Shown: positions 21,399 to 29,999 of the stretch, one piece after another
Position numbering within the stretch: the stretch's first letter is position 1
Layout: the number at the start of each line of letters is the position of its first letter
Assembly: GCA_045863335.1 (NCBI GenBank)
Contig: BTVY01000054.1
Coordinates: forward strand, 1-39,396
Direction of reading: 5' to 3'
Origin: Candidatus Hydrogenedentota bacterium
GTDB lineage: Bacteria; Hydrogenedentota; Hydrogenedentia; Hydrogenedentales; SLHB01
Length of the DNA stretch: 39,396 bases
Program-made: the position numbers and the translations under genes
Notes under the pieces: model-generated
Databases searched by the model: none
What the model was told of the DNA's origin: nothing
Seen by the model: only the letters and a program-made list of their open reading frames with translations

Positions 21399-22340
21399 AT
21401 GCAGAACAAACGTACGCGGAGAGAGTTTATGAAGACGACAGGCGCCGGAATTGCGGCGGCAGCGGTCGCGTCGGCCGGTTTGGGCAAGGCGCATGCGGCC
21501 CGCGACTACAGCATCTCGCTGGCGGGCTGGTCGCTGCACCGGACCATCGGCGTCGGCGAAGGCAAGACGCCCATGCTCGACATGCCGAAGCTGGCGCGCG
21601 AGGAATGGGATATCGGCGGAATCGAACTCGTGAACAACATGCTCCCGCCGAAGGACGAATCCTTCGCGAACATGAAGCCCTATCTCGATCAGCTCGCCAA
21701 GAACGCCGCGTTTCACAATGTGCGCATCCTGCTGATCATGGTGGACGGCCAGGGCAACATCGGCGGCACGGAACAGGCCCAGCGCGACGAGGCCGTCGAG
21801 AAACACAGCAAGTGGATCGACATCGCCGAGTACATGGGCTGCCACTCGATCCGGATGAACTGGGCGGGCGCGCCGCACGAAGTGGTGAAAGACGAAGCCG
21901 CGTTGGCCGCGTTCATCGATCGCTCCGTCCCCGGATTTCAAGCCCTGTGCGAGTATGGCGACACCAAGGACATCAACGTCATCATCGAGAATCATGGGGG
22001 CGCGTCGTCCTACCCGGCAGCCATGGAACAGTTGATGGCGGCGGTGGATCATCCGCGCTTCGGGACCTTGCCCGATTTCGGGAACTTCCCCGAGGACGTC
22101 GATCTCTATGACGCCATCGATCGCTTGATGGTGTTCGCGAAAGCCGTGAGCGCGAAGTGTTACGACTTCGACGATACCACCGGCGACGAGACGAAACTCG
22201 ACTTCCCGCGGATCATCGAGAATGTGGTCGACAAGCATGGCTACCATGGCTACATCGGGATCGAGTTCGAAGGCGATCGCCTGACCGAGCATGAAGGAAT
22301 CCGGCGCTGCAAGGCACTGCTGGATCGGCTGAAGGCGTAG
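21399..22340 (+). CDS. Tat-exported sugar phosphate isomerase/epimerase (xylose isomerase-like TIM barrel)
   Basis: Twin-arginine signal TRREFMK...AHA; ISLAGWSLH, IENHGG, LPDFGNF, YIGIEFEG. Confidence 0.9.
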   Translation: MQNKRTRREFMKTTGAGIAAAAVASAGLGKAHAARDYSISLAGWSLHRTIGVGEGKTPMLDMPKLAREEWDIGGIELVNNMLPPKDESFANMKPYLDQLAKNAAFHNVRILLIMVDGQGNIGGTEQAQRDEAVEKHSKWIDIAEYMGCHSIRMNWAGAPHEVVKDEAALAAFIDRSVPGFQALCEYGDTKDINVIIENHGGASSYPAAMEQLMAAVDHPRFGTLPDFGNFPEDVDLYDAIDRLMVFAKAVSAKCYDFDDTTGDETKLDFPRIIENVVDKHGYHGYIGIEFEGDRLTEHEGIRRCKALLDRLKA

Positions 22341-22357
22341 GGCTGCGGCGAAACTCG

Positions 22358-22468
22358 ATAGGACTTATAGGACGGATAGGACCTATAGGACAACGATCGA
22401 TCGGCGGGGATTGTCGCGCGTGGCAATCGCGTGTCCTATTGGTCGTATTGGTCCTATAGGTCCTATTC
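22358..22468. repeat. Inverted-repeat element with 9-nt periodic arms
   Basis: 4 x ATAGGACnn (22358-22393), inner hairpin, 4 x GTCCTATnn (22433-22468, one unit GTCGTAT); between convergent genes. Confidence 0.9.
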
Positions 22469-22472
22469 TTTC

Positions 22473-23177
22473 TTACGGATTCGTGCCCCAGATATCCATG
22501 TCCCGCATGAGCGTGCGGCCGGGCAGGCATGCCAGGTGCACGATGGTAGCGGCGATGTCGGCGGCGTGGAGGTAGAGTCCGGGGCCGTGGGCGGGGCCGG
22601 TGTCCTCGGCGGTATCGACGGCGCTGGGGTTGAGCACCATGACGCGGATGTTACTCTTGCGGACTTCGTAGTTCAGCGCCTGGGAAAAGCCCTGGAGTCC
22701 GAACTTGCTGGCCGCGTAGGCCGCCGCACCGGGGTCGCCTTTCTTACCGCTCATGGAACTGATCATGAAGATGTCGCCCCGCCCCTTCGCGATCATGTGA
22801 GACAAGAAAGCCTTGGTGGTCAGGAAGACACCCGTCAGGTTGGTCTCGATCACGTCATTCCAAAGGTCCAAATCCATTTCCGCGACGGGCGCACCCCGCA
22901 TGGCGCCCGCGTTGTTGACGAGAATGTCCGGCGCTTCGAGATCCTGCAGCACGGCTTCCGCCATGCAAGTAATCGCGTCCGGATCGCGCTGATCGCAGAC
23001 ATAGGGGCGGCAGCGTTCGCCGATGGATTTCGCGGCGGCGTCGAGGGTTTGACGGCTGCGCCCGGTGATGGCGACAGTGGCGCCGGCCTCGTGAAGGGCA
23101 CGGGCGATGTGTTTTCCGATGCCGCGGCTGGCGCCGGTGACGACGGCGAGTTTCCCGGTGAGATCCTCGTTACGCAT
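22473..23177 (-). CDS. Classical short-chain dehydrogenase/reductase (SDR)
   Basis: TGASRGIG, NNAG, catalytic Ser and YAASK. Confidence 0.95.
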   Translation of the reverse strand: MRNEDLTGKLAVVTGASRGIGKHIARALHEAGATVAITGRSRQTLDAAAKSIGERCRPYVCDQRDPDAITCMAEAVLQDLEAPDILVNNAGAMRGAPVAEMDLDLWNDVIETNLTGVFLTTKAFLSHMIAKGRGDIFMISSMSGKKGDPGAAAYAASKFGLQGFSQALNYEVRKSNIRVMVLNPSAVDTAEDTGPAHGPGLYLHAADIAATIVHLACLPGRTLMRDMDIWGTNP

Positions 23178-24003
23178 GGGGCAGCTCCTTTCGACGGTTC
23201 AATGCGTTGATGAGATCGCGGGATTCGAAGACGAACCCGTATTGAAGGGAAACACGCCAGAGCGCCAGTTCCTTCGCGATTTGGTTCCGCGCGGTTTCGG
23301 CCATCTCGACGGCGGTCGTGGCATCGCGGATGACGGAGCAGAGAACGCCGTGGCGGTGCATATCGACCATGCCGCCCGGTGAGGACACAAGGCAGGAGTT
23401 CAGGGCGAATCCCGCGTAGATGAGGTGGTTCACATTCAGCGACTTGCACAGCGCAAAAAGCTGGTGGCTATCCTCGACGACTGGCTCGTCGGCCAGCGGC
23501 CTGGCTTCCGGAGCGAAATCGATGCGGCTGCGGCCGCGCTCCACGTCGGACAGGTTCTCCGCGCCTGGGTAGACCCGTGACTGCATGAACTCGACAAGGG
23601 CATCGCGCGCGGGATCGGACTCGACGCACTCGGCCGGGGCTGGCGCCGGACCCGCAAGATCGCGGGCCTTCACGTAGCCGGGAAGGGTTTGGTAGTACGC
23701 GCCGCCTCCTGCAATGTGTATCAGCGGCAGCGGCGACTGGCGCACGGCGGCCAGGAGGCCGGGAAATATCCGCCACATGATCTCGGCGCTGCGCAGAAGA
23801 TGAGGCGCGGCGCGATGCCAGCCAGGGAACCGCTCCTCTTCGCCGCAGTCCCACGCGTGCATGATAGCGACGGCGGTATGGTCCAGTGCGATCTCGATCG
23901 TGTCGCGTTGCCAGCCGCGGAATCCCTCTTCCGGCACGTCGCGGGCGAAGTCGGCATCGAATTGCTGGTACAAGTAGGCGGGAACCTCTAGCGTGTTGGA
24001 CAT
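23170..24003 (-). CDS. Divergent isochorismatase/cysteine hydrolase-like protein
   Basis: TAVAIMHAWD, HLIYAGFALNSC, SVIRDATTA resemble cysteine-hydrolase segments; ATG 24003 after AGGA preferred to 24036; overlaps the SDR start by 8 nt. Confidence 0.7.
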   Translation of the reverse strand: MSNTLEVPAYLYQQFDADFARDVPEEGFRGWQRDTIEIALDHTAVAIMHAWDCGEEERFPGWHRAAPHLLRSAEIMWRIFPGLLAAVRQSPLPLIHIAGGGAYYQTLPGYVKARDLAGPAPAPAECVESDPARDALVEFMQSRVYPGAENLSDVERGRSRIDFAPEARPLADEPVVEDSHQLFALCKSLNVNHLIYAGFALNSCLVSSPGGMVDMHRHGVLCSVIRDATTAVEMAETARNQIAKELALWRVSLQYGFVFESRDLINALNRRKELPHA

Positions 24004-24087
24004 GATGCGTATCCTGGTTGAGCGGCCGAATTTCATTTCGCCACGGCTGGGAGGAGCGGATCAACACGGCGAACCCCTGCGGCGGTG

Positions 24088-24116
24088 TTGACGTAGGGGG
24101 GTAGAACCGTCAGAAT
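24088..24116 (+). promoter_or_regulatory. Putative sigma70 promoter of the GT-C-like gene (probably leaderless)
   Basis: TTGACG-N17-CAGAAT ending 7 nt before ATG 24124; no SD. Confidence 0.5.
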
Positions 24117-24123
24117 TCCGGCC

Positions 24124-25794
24124 ATGCTCGATCGTGTCGCCAAATCCGCCCCCAAGCCCGCGCCCGCACCGCCCGCGCCATCACGCCCAGATTCGGAAGC
24201 GGGGCGCATGTTGCTGGAGTACGTGCTGTGGACCGCGCTCTTCCTGGCGGGCGTGCTGCTGCTGCACCGGTTGAACCTGGAAGCGATTGCGGGGCACGCC
24301 ACGCCGTTCTACGCTTTCCTGCGTCCGCTGCACGAGTCGTGGACGATCGTGCTGGCGCTGTTGCCCTTTATCACGGTGCCGGCCCTGGTGATGCGGCGCG
24401 TGCTGTGCGGACGTTGGGGGATGAACTGGGGCTGGGGCGCGATCGTCGCTCTTAGTCTGATCGCGCCTTGCGCGTTTGTGGCGGAGGTGTATTTCGCCAA
24501 GACCGGCGGCGACGATTACTCGCTCACACGCGCGCTGCTCATTGCCGCAACGGTCATCGCGCGGGACCTGCAGCCCGTGTTCGTTGCCGAAGTTGCGATC
24601 TTCCTCGGGCTGCTCGGCTTTCGCTTCCTCCGGACCGGCGACCGAAGCCCCTCGGTGCCATTCATCCTGATCTTCCTGTTGGGCGCTATGACGGGATTGT
24701 TCTTTTTCTCGGGCGCAATCGCGGAGTTACGGTGGAGTCCGGATGGCATGACCGACGGCATCACGAAGGCCTACCACCGATTGACGCAGGAGTACATCGC
24801 CGATATCGGGCGGGGCGGCAGCATCCGCGGATTCATGGAGCAGTTTATCGAGCTGCACCCCACCTTGTCCCACCATCAGCGCGTACATCCGCCGGGACCG
24901 ACGGTGCTGTTGTGGCTGCTCTCGTTCCTGGTCGGCACCGATCCCTTGTCCCTGTCGCTGGCGACGATGGCGGGCGCGACGCTTTCGTTCATTCCCTGCT
25001 ACCTGTGGGCGCGGGAACTGGGCGGGCCGCGCATGGGGTTGGTGGCCTGCGCGATCCTCGCGTTCTCACCGGGAATTGTCGCATTTACGGCGACCAGCGC
25101 GGATATGCTGTTCATGCCGATCACGCTGATGACGCTTTTCCTCTTCGAACGGGCCGTGCGGCACGGGTCGTGGATGGCTGCCGCGGGCGCGGGTGTGTTC
25201 TACGCCCTTGCCGGATTCTGTTCGTTCAACCTCCTGTGCATTGGGTTCTACTTCGGACTGGTCGGTTTGTGGGAACTGCGCGATCGGGAAGGCCGCCTGC
25301 CGATTATCCGGACGGCGGTGCTGATGCTTGGCGGATTTATCGGCACCTTCGTTCTGATGTACCTGTGGTGCGGCTTCAACATGATTGAATGCTTCCTCAC
25401 CGGCTGGGAGGAGCAGCGGTACGACCTCAGCAACCAGACCGACCGCTGGCCGGACCTGTGGTGGCGTTTGTTCCACCCCCTGTCCGTCATCTACTACGTG
25501 GGGATTCCCGTGAGCGTGCTCTGCGTGCAGCGGTTGTGGAAACCCGACGCCATCCAGCATCCGACTTTCGTGATGATGGTGCTCACGTTTGTGTTTCTAA
25601 ACGCCGTCGTGCCCGCGCGCGGCGAAATGGAGCGGACGGGCCTGTACATGTACCCCCTGTTGATCGGCCCCGCCGCGCACCTCCTGACCACGCGCTGGCA
25701 ACAGAGCCGATCCGAAGCGCCCCTGGCGGTGGCGGTGGGATTCCTGGCGTTTCAGTGCTGGCTCACGGAGTACTTGTTTTGGACATACTGGTGA
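24124..25794 (+). CDS. Polytopic membrane protein, probable GT-C fold glycosyltransferase (PMT/ArnT-like)
   Basis: More than 10 hydrophobic segments; loop EYIADI...HPPG motif, then ARELGG..AILAFSP..ATSAD, C-terminal GEMER. Confidence 0.7.
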   Translation: MLDRVAKSAPKPAPAPPAPSRPDSEAGRMLLEYVLWTALFLAGVLLLHRLNLEAIAGHATPFYAFLRPLHESWTIVLALLPFITVPALVMRRVLCGRWGMNWGWGAIVALSLIAPCAFVAEVYFAKTGGDDYSLTRALLIAATVIARDLQPVFVAEVAIFLGLLGFRFLRTGDRSPSVPFILIFLLGAMTGLFFFSGAIAELRWSPDGMTDGITKAYHRLTQEYIADIGRGGSIRGFMEQFIELHPTLSHHQRVHPPGPTVLLWLLSFLVGTDPLSLSLATMAGATLSFIPCYLWARELGGPRMGLVACAILAFSPGIVAFTATSADMLFMPITLMTLFLFERAVRHGSWMAAAGAGVFYALAGFCSFNLLCIGFYFGLVGLWELRDREGRLPIIRTAVLMLGGFIGTFVLMYLWCGFNMIECFLTGWEEQRYDLSNQTDRWPDLWWRLFHPLSVIYYVGIPVSVLCVQRLWKPDAIQHPTFVMMVLTFVFLNAVVPARGEMERTGLYMYPLLIGPAAHLLTTRWQQSRSEAPLAVAVGFLAFQCWLTEYLFWTYW

Positions 25795-25808
25795 GATAGC
25801 TGGAACGC

Positions 25809-25987
25809 CAAATCCGAAATCCGAATCTTGAAATCCGAAACAAATTCAAAATCTCAAATCTCAAAACGGCAGGCGATGTAAAGAACTTGGGACGGAGAGT
25901 AGCGCTGTGCGCTTCTCCGTTTCGGTCCTTTCCTCTTTTTGAACATTCGAATTTGTTTCGGATTTCAAGATTCGGATTTCGGTTTTT
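25809..25987. repeat. AT-rich inverted-repeat element with 7-nt periodic arms
   Basis: Perfect 34-bp inverted repeat 25814-25847 / 25949-25982 (CCGAAATCCGAATCTTGAAATCCGAAACAAATTC); AAATCCG/AAATCTC units; inner hairpin 25892-25920. Confidence 0.92.
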
Positions 25988-25990
25988 GCC

Positions 25991-28900
25991 TCACGGCAAC
26001 GTCAGACTCACCGGCACCTCGCCCTCCCCCGAGATTCGGATAAACTGGGAGGCGACTCGGGCATTGGACATGTCGGGGGACGGTTCGCCGGTCATGCCGA
26101 TGGCGACGATGGTGTAGTCGCCGGGTTCCACACCGCCGGCGCGGAACGAGCCGTCGGGCTGGACCATGGCGTTGCCGGCGATGAGATGTTGGTTGGCCAT
26201 CCAGAAACTCTGGTCGATGGTGGTGACCTGCATGTTGCCCTGAACGATGACGACGAAGATGCGGCCGTCAGGGTTGCCGCCGGCGATGGTACCGGTGACG
26301 GTAGCGCCGGCGGTGACTTCGAAGTCGTGCCGTGTCACGCGGCCGTCGAGCGCGTTGATTCGGGCGGTGCGGGTTTGCCAGTCGTTTTCGCCGGCCTGGT
26401 AGCTGACGCGGAGGGTGACGTCGCCCGCCACCATTCCTTCAAGCCGGTAGAAGCCGTTGCCATCGATTTGGCCGTTGAAACTCTCCACTGTTCCGGACGC
26501 GCCGGTGACCGATGCGGACACGTGGCCTTGGGTGACCGGTTGGCCGCCCATCATGACGTAACCCTCGACCGTGACATTGCCGCCGGGAAAGTCGAAGTCG
26601 ACGATGGTGACCTGGTCCTCGGCCACGATGGCCTGCTGGTGGGAGTTGCGGCTGGAATTGCCCTGGCGCACGTTGGCCATGACGAGTACCTCGCCCTCCG
26701 CGACGCCTTTGATCGAGTACATTCCGTTGCCGTCAGTCTGGGCGCTTGCGGGCCGGCCCCCCTCGCCGCTCCGTTGCACGTGGACTGTCTGACTGGCCGC
26801 GGGTTGTCCCGCGATGGTGACGCGTCCTTCGATGGTACCGCCGCCGCCGAGTTTGATGGTTACCTGCGCCGTGCCGCCGGGGCTGACGGTCACCGGCGCG
26901 GAGCCGGGCGCATAGTCACCGTGCACCGCGGACACCATCGACACGTCCGGGCCAAGCGACGTGATTTGGAACTTCCCGTTGCCATCCGACGAGGTTACCA
27001 TCTCCCGGTCGATGCGCCACTGGTCCGACGGCGCGTTTCCGAGGTAAATGCGCGCGCCGGATACCGGCAGGCCGCTTTTGTCGATGACCAAACCTTCGAT
27101 GGTCGCGCCGGGCTCGAGTTTGAAGAGCACACCGGAGACTGTGGCGCCTTCGCGTACGCCGGCGACAGGCTGCTGCTGCGGCGCGAATCCTTCGGCGAGA
27201 ACCGCAATGTAGTTGTCACCGACTTCGACGTTGGTGAGGCGGAAGTTGCCTTGGGGATCGACAAAGGCCGTCAAGTTGCCGTACATCCCGGGCGAAGACA
27301 AATCGATTTGTCCGGGGAAGGCGCCGATCTGGAACTTGGTGACGGGCTGACCGTTGCTGGCGCTGATGACGCGGCCTTCAACGGTGCCGCGGCCGGACAG
27401 CACGAAGTTGACGTTGGTTGAGCCCGCCTCGACAGACGGTTGCTCTTCGCGGCTGTACTCGCCGTGATACGCGAAAACGCGGTAGGCGCCTTCCTGCAAG
27501 CCTTTGATGGTGTAGTTGCCGTTCTCGTCCGTATTGGCGTAGCCATAAGAACCGCCACGATCCATGTGAGCATTGACATTGGCATTGCGGAGCGGCTCGC
27601 CGGAGCTGTTCGTGACGCGACCGGCGATGGTGAGGCCGCCGGCCTCTTCGTAGACGATGCGGACGTCCGTGACTTTCTCGCCGTCGGCCAGAGTCACCTC
27701 CGTGCCGGTGTCAGCCGAAGTCCGGCTGTACGAGTCATAGGGGTGAACCTCCAGGCGGTAGGTTCCCGCGACAAGACCCTGGATCTTGAATTTTCCATCT
27801 TGGTCGAGACCGGAGCCCTGCTGCGGCGCATCCATGGCGCCGCTGACAGGGCGCGCGGTGACACTGGCGCGGGTCATCGGTTGGCCGGTCCTGTCCACGA
27901 CGATGCCGGTGATGCTGCCGCCGGTGGACACGACTATCTCGATGCCGTTCAGGTCGGAAGTGCCGAGGTCGAGGGGGCCCACCATGGGCGCGCTGAAGCC
28001 GCGGCCGGATGCCGAGATTCGGATCTTCTGGTTCGGCGAGTATCCGCGGTGTTCGAAGGTGCCGTCTTCACGGGTGATGGTCGATTCGCCTTCGCCGCTG
28101 TAATTGATCGGTTCGCTGTGGACTTGCACACCTTCGACCGGTTTGCCTTCTTCATCAACGACGGAGCCGCGCACGTAGAGGCCGCGCTTGACGGCGAACT
28201 CGATGCCCTCGACCGCCTTCCCGAGTTGCACGTTGACCTTCTGATCTTCCCGATCCTCGCCGTGGAGATAGCCAGGCTTCCAACGCCGGCGGATGGTATG
28301 GGGGCCTTCCCCGAGTCCTTCCAGCTTGAAGAGGCCATTCGCGTCGGACTCCGCGTCGCGGGTGGGGGTCGTCCGGTTGTCCGGGCGCGCCTGGAAACGC
28401 ACGGCCTCGATAGGGGCGCCCGAATCCGCGTCGAAAACCTTGCCGAGAATGACGCCGCCCGTGGCCACAATCAGGCGGAGTCCTTCCACGCTATCGCCGC
28501 CCGCAATGGTGAACTCCGGCGCCTTCCCGGAGAGGATTCGCGTATCGTCATCGATGGTGACCGTGTATTTGCCGTCCGCGAGATGGGCGATTTCAAAGCG
28601 GCCCTCCGGGTCGGACTTGGCTTCGTTTTCGGCGCGGTACTGCTCGCCGTTGGCCGCAATGGTGATGCCTTCAATGGGTTCGCCCGTTTCCGCGGCGACG
28701 ACTTCGCCCGTTGCGCTGCCGCCTACCGTAAGCACCAGTTCGGCATCGGTCGTGCCGAGGGGAATGTAGTCCGACGTGAGCATGGCGTACCCGTCCGCTT
28801 CGACGGAGAGTTGCCATTCGCCTTCCCAGAGATGGGGAAGCGCGAAGGTGCCGTCGTCCTCGGTGCGGGCCTGTGCGGCGGCGCCGGTCGAGCCGCTCAT

Positions 28901-29536
28901 GTGATGGCGGTCGTCGCGAGTTTTTTCCGGGTATACCCGCGCGCCGGCAATGGGTTCGCCTGATTCGTTCATGACGATGCCGGCGATGGCGCCTGCGGGG
29001 CGCATGACGATGTCCGCGTAGGCGATCGGTTCGTCATCGGTGACATCGGCATAAGCCGCGCCAAGCATGCCGTCGGTGGTGGCGATTACCGCGTAGTCGC
29101 CGTAGGGCATCCGCCGGATTTCGTAGGAGCCGTCGCCCGTCGATGCGGCATCCCATTCGGGCCCATCCTTGACGGGTTCGCGATTGGGCGGTTGCGCGAC
29201 CATGAGCGCGCGAATCTCCACGCCCGAGAGCGGCACTTCGTTGTCCGCCAGCTTCACCGTACCTTTGATGGCGCCCACGCCCGCGCGCCGCTGCGTCCGG
29301 CCGGAATCATCGGAGCGCGTGCGGTCGCCGCTCACCTGAAATGGACTGTTTGGCCGCACCACTTCCCGGGGGCCTTCGGGTTCCGGCTCGGTGACGGCCT
29401 CTGGCGATTCGATTTCCGCAAGTTGGGGTTCGGGTACAGAGTCGTCCGTCTTCCCGCGGTTGAGGAAGTACCAGGCACCGCCGACGGCAGCTCCGACCAC
29501 CACAATCAGCACTACGAAACGAAGGTTCTCGTTCAT
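25991..29536 (-). CDS. Membrane-anchored protein of tandem carboxypeptidase-regulatory-like beta-sandwich repeats
   Basis: N-terminal TM anchor, Pro/Glu linker, about 12 repeats of roughly 90 aa starting G-x-I-x-G-x-V..G-x-P, with TDxxGxF/Y and GxY motifs. Confidence 0.88.
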   Translation of the reverse strand: MNENLRFVVLIVVVGAAVGGAWYFLNRGKTDDSVPEPQLAEIESPEAVTEPEPEGPREVVRPNSPFQVSGDRTRSDDSGRTQRRAGVGAIKGTVKLADNEVPLSGVEIRALMVAQPPNREPVKDGPEWDAASTGDGSYEIRRMPYGDYAVIATTDGMLGAAYADVTDDEPIAYADIVMRPAGAIAGIVMNESGEPIAGARVYPEKTRDDRHHMSGSTGAAAQARTEDDGTFALPHLWEGEWQLSVEADGYAMLTSDYIPLGTTDAELVLTVGGSATGEVVAAETGEPIEGITIAANGEQYRAENEAKSDPEGRFEIAHLADGKYTVTIDDDTRILSGKAPEFTIAGGDSVEGLRLIVATGGVILGKVFDADSGAPIEAVRFQARPDNRTTPTRDAESDANGLFKLEGLGEGPHTIRRRWKPGYLHGEDREDQKVNVQLGKAVEGIEFAVKRGLYVRGSVVDEEGKPVEGVQVHSEPINYSGEGESTITREDGTFEHRGYSPNQKIRISASGRGFSAPMVGPLDLGTSDLNGIEIVVSTGGSITGIVVDRTGQPMTRASVTARPVSGAMDAPQQGSGLDQDGKFKIQGLVAGTYRLEVHPYDSYSRTSADTGTEVTLADGEKVTDVRIVYEEAGGLTIAGRVTNSSGEPLRNANVNAHMDRGGSYGYANTDENGNYTIKGLQEGAYRVFAYHGEYSREEQPSVEAGSTNVNFVLSGRGTVEGRVISASNGQPVTKFQIGAFPGQIDLSSPGMYGNLTAFVDPQGNFRLTNVEVGDNYIAVLAEGFAPQQQPVAGVREGATVSGVLFKLEPGATIEGLVIDKSGLPVSGARIYLGNAPSDQWRIDREMVTSSDGNGKFQITSLGPDVSMVSAVHGDYAPGSAPVTVSPGGTAQVTIKLGGGGTIEGRVTIAGQPAASQTVHVQRSGEGGRPASAQTDGNGMYSIKGVAEGEVLVMANVRQGNSSRNSHQQAIVAEDQVTIVDFDFPGGNVTVEGYVMMGGQPVTQGHVSASVTGASGTVESFNGQIDGNGFYRLEGMVAGDVTLRVSYQAGENDWQTRTARINALDGRVTRHDFEVTAGATVTGTIAGGNPDGRIFVVIVQGNMQVTTIDQSFWMANQHLIAGNAMVQPDGSFRAGGVEPGDYTIVAIGMTGEPSPDMSNARVASQFIRISGEGEVPVSLTLP

Positions 29537-29582
29537 AATCCCTTCCCCGGTTGACGCGGAGGCATGAAGATCCTCCCCCTTA

Positions 29583-29610
29583 ATGACGTACGAGGAGCCG
29601 ATTTGGTGAC
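29583..29610 (-). promoter_or_regulatory. Putative ECF-sigma promoter of the repeat surface protein
   Basis: Minus strand GTCACC-N16-CGTCAT, similar to ECF-type -35 GTAAC/GAAAC and -10 CGT; about 46 nt before the ATG. Confidence 0.4.
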
Positions 29611-29689
29611 GAAATGCGTTCCCAACCTGAAAGCGATCACGGTGATTTGCTGAACTGCCATTGTACTGCGGAATGAGAACGTGGTAAAG

Positions 29690-29724
29690 AAATTAAGAAT
29701 TACGAATTATGAATTAAGAATTGC
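29690..29724. repeat. AT-rich 7-mer tandem array (GAATTAN x5)
   Basis: AAATTAA GAATTAC GAATTAT GAATTAA GAATTGC. Confidence 0.85.
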
Positions 29725-29796
29725 CGGCAGGTTCTAAGATCCAAGCCAGAGCGAGTCTCCGATGGCCGGGCGCCACAATTGAAGCCGTGAGTTTGC

Positions 29797-29826
29797 TTGA
29801 CTTGCGCGCTGGAAATGCGCTATTGT
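29797..29826 (+). promoter_or_regulatory. Putative sigma70 promoter of rpsD
   Basis: TTGACT-N18-TATTGT. Confidence 0.55.
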
Positions 29827-29832
29827 ACCGGA

Positions 29833-29999
29833 CTTGTTGGCCGCTGAACGGGCGTGGATTATGCCTGTTGACGGGCCGACATCTGTCTGTTTGCCGCGGC
29901 GATGGGCGCCGGGCAAGCCACAACGACCGGATCTCACGACGGGCATGTGCGCCGTCAACGTGTCTGATTCCAATGGTTTAGGAGGACGTAGAGAGGCTT
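29833..29999 (+). promoter_or_regulatory. Structured rpsD 5' leader, candidate S4 autoregulatory element
   Basis: Three local hairpins (29835-29881, 29889-29918, 29938-29956) and a competing long-range pairing 29867-29874 with 29952-29959. Confidence 0.45.

Noticed and set aside
22431-23210. 259-aa ORF starting MSYWSYWSYRSY
   Set aside because: Its N-terminus is a translation of the 9-mer repeat arm, and the rest is antisense to the SDR.
26186-28963. Plus-strand ORFs of 411 and 507 aa
   Set aside because: Antisense to the 1181-aa repeat protein, which has a coherent domain structure; no independent support.
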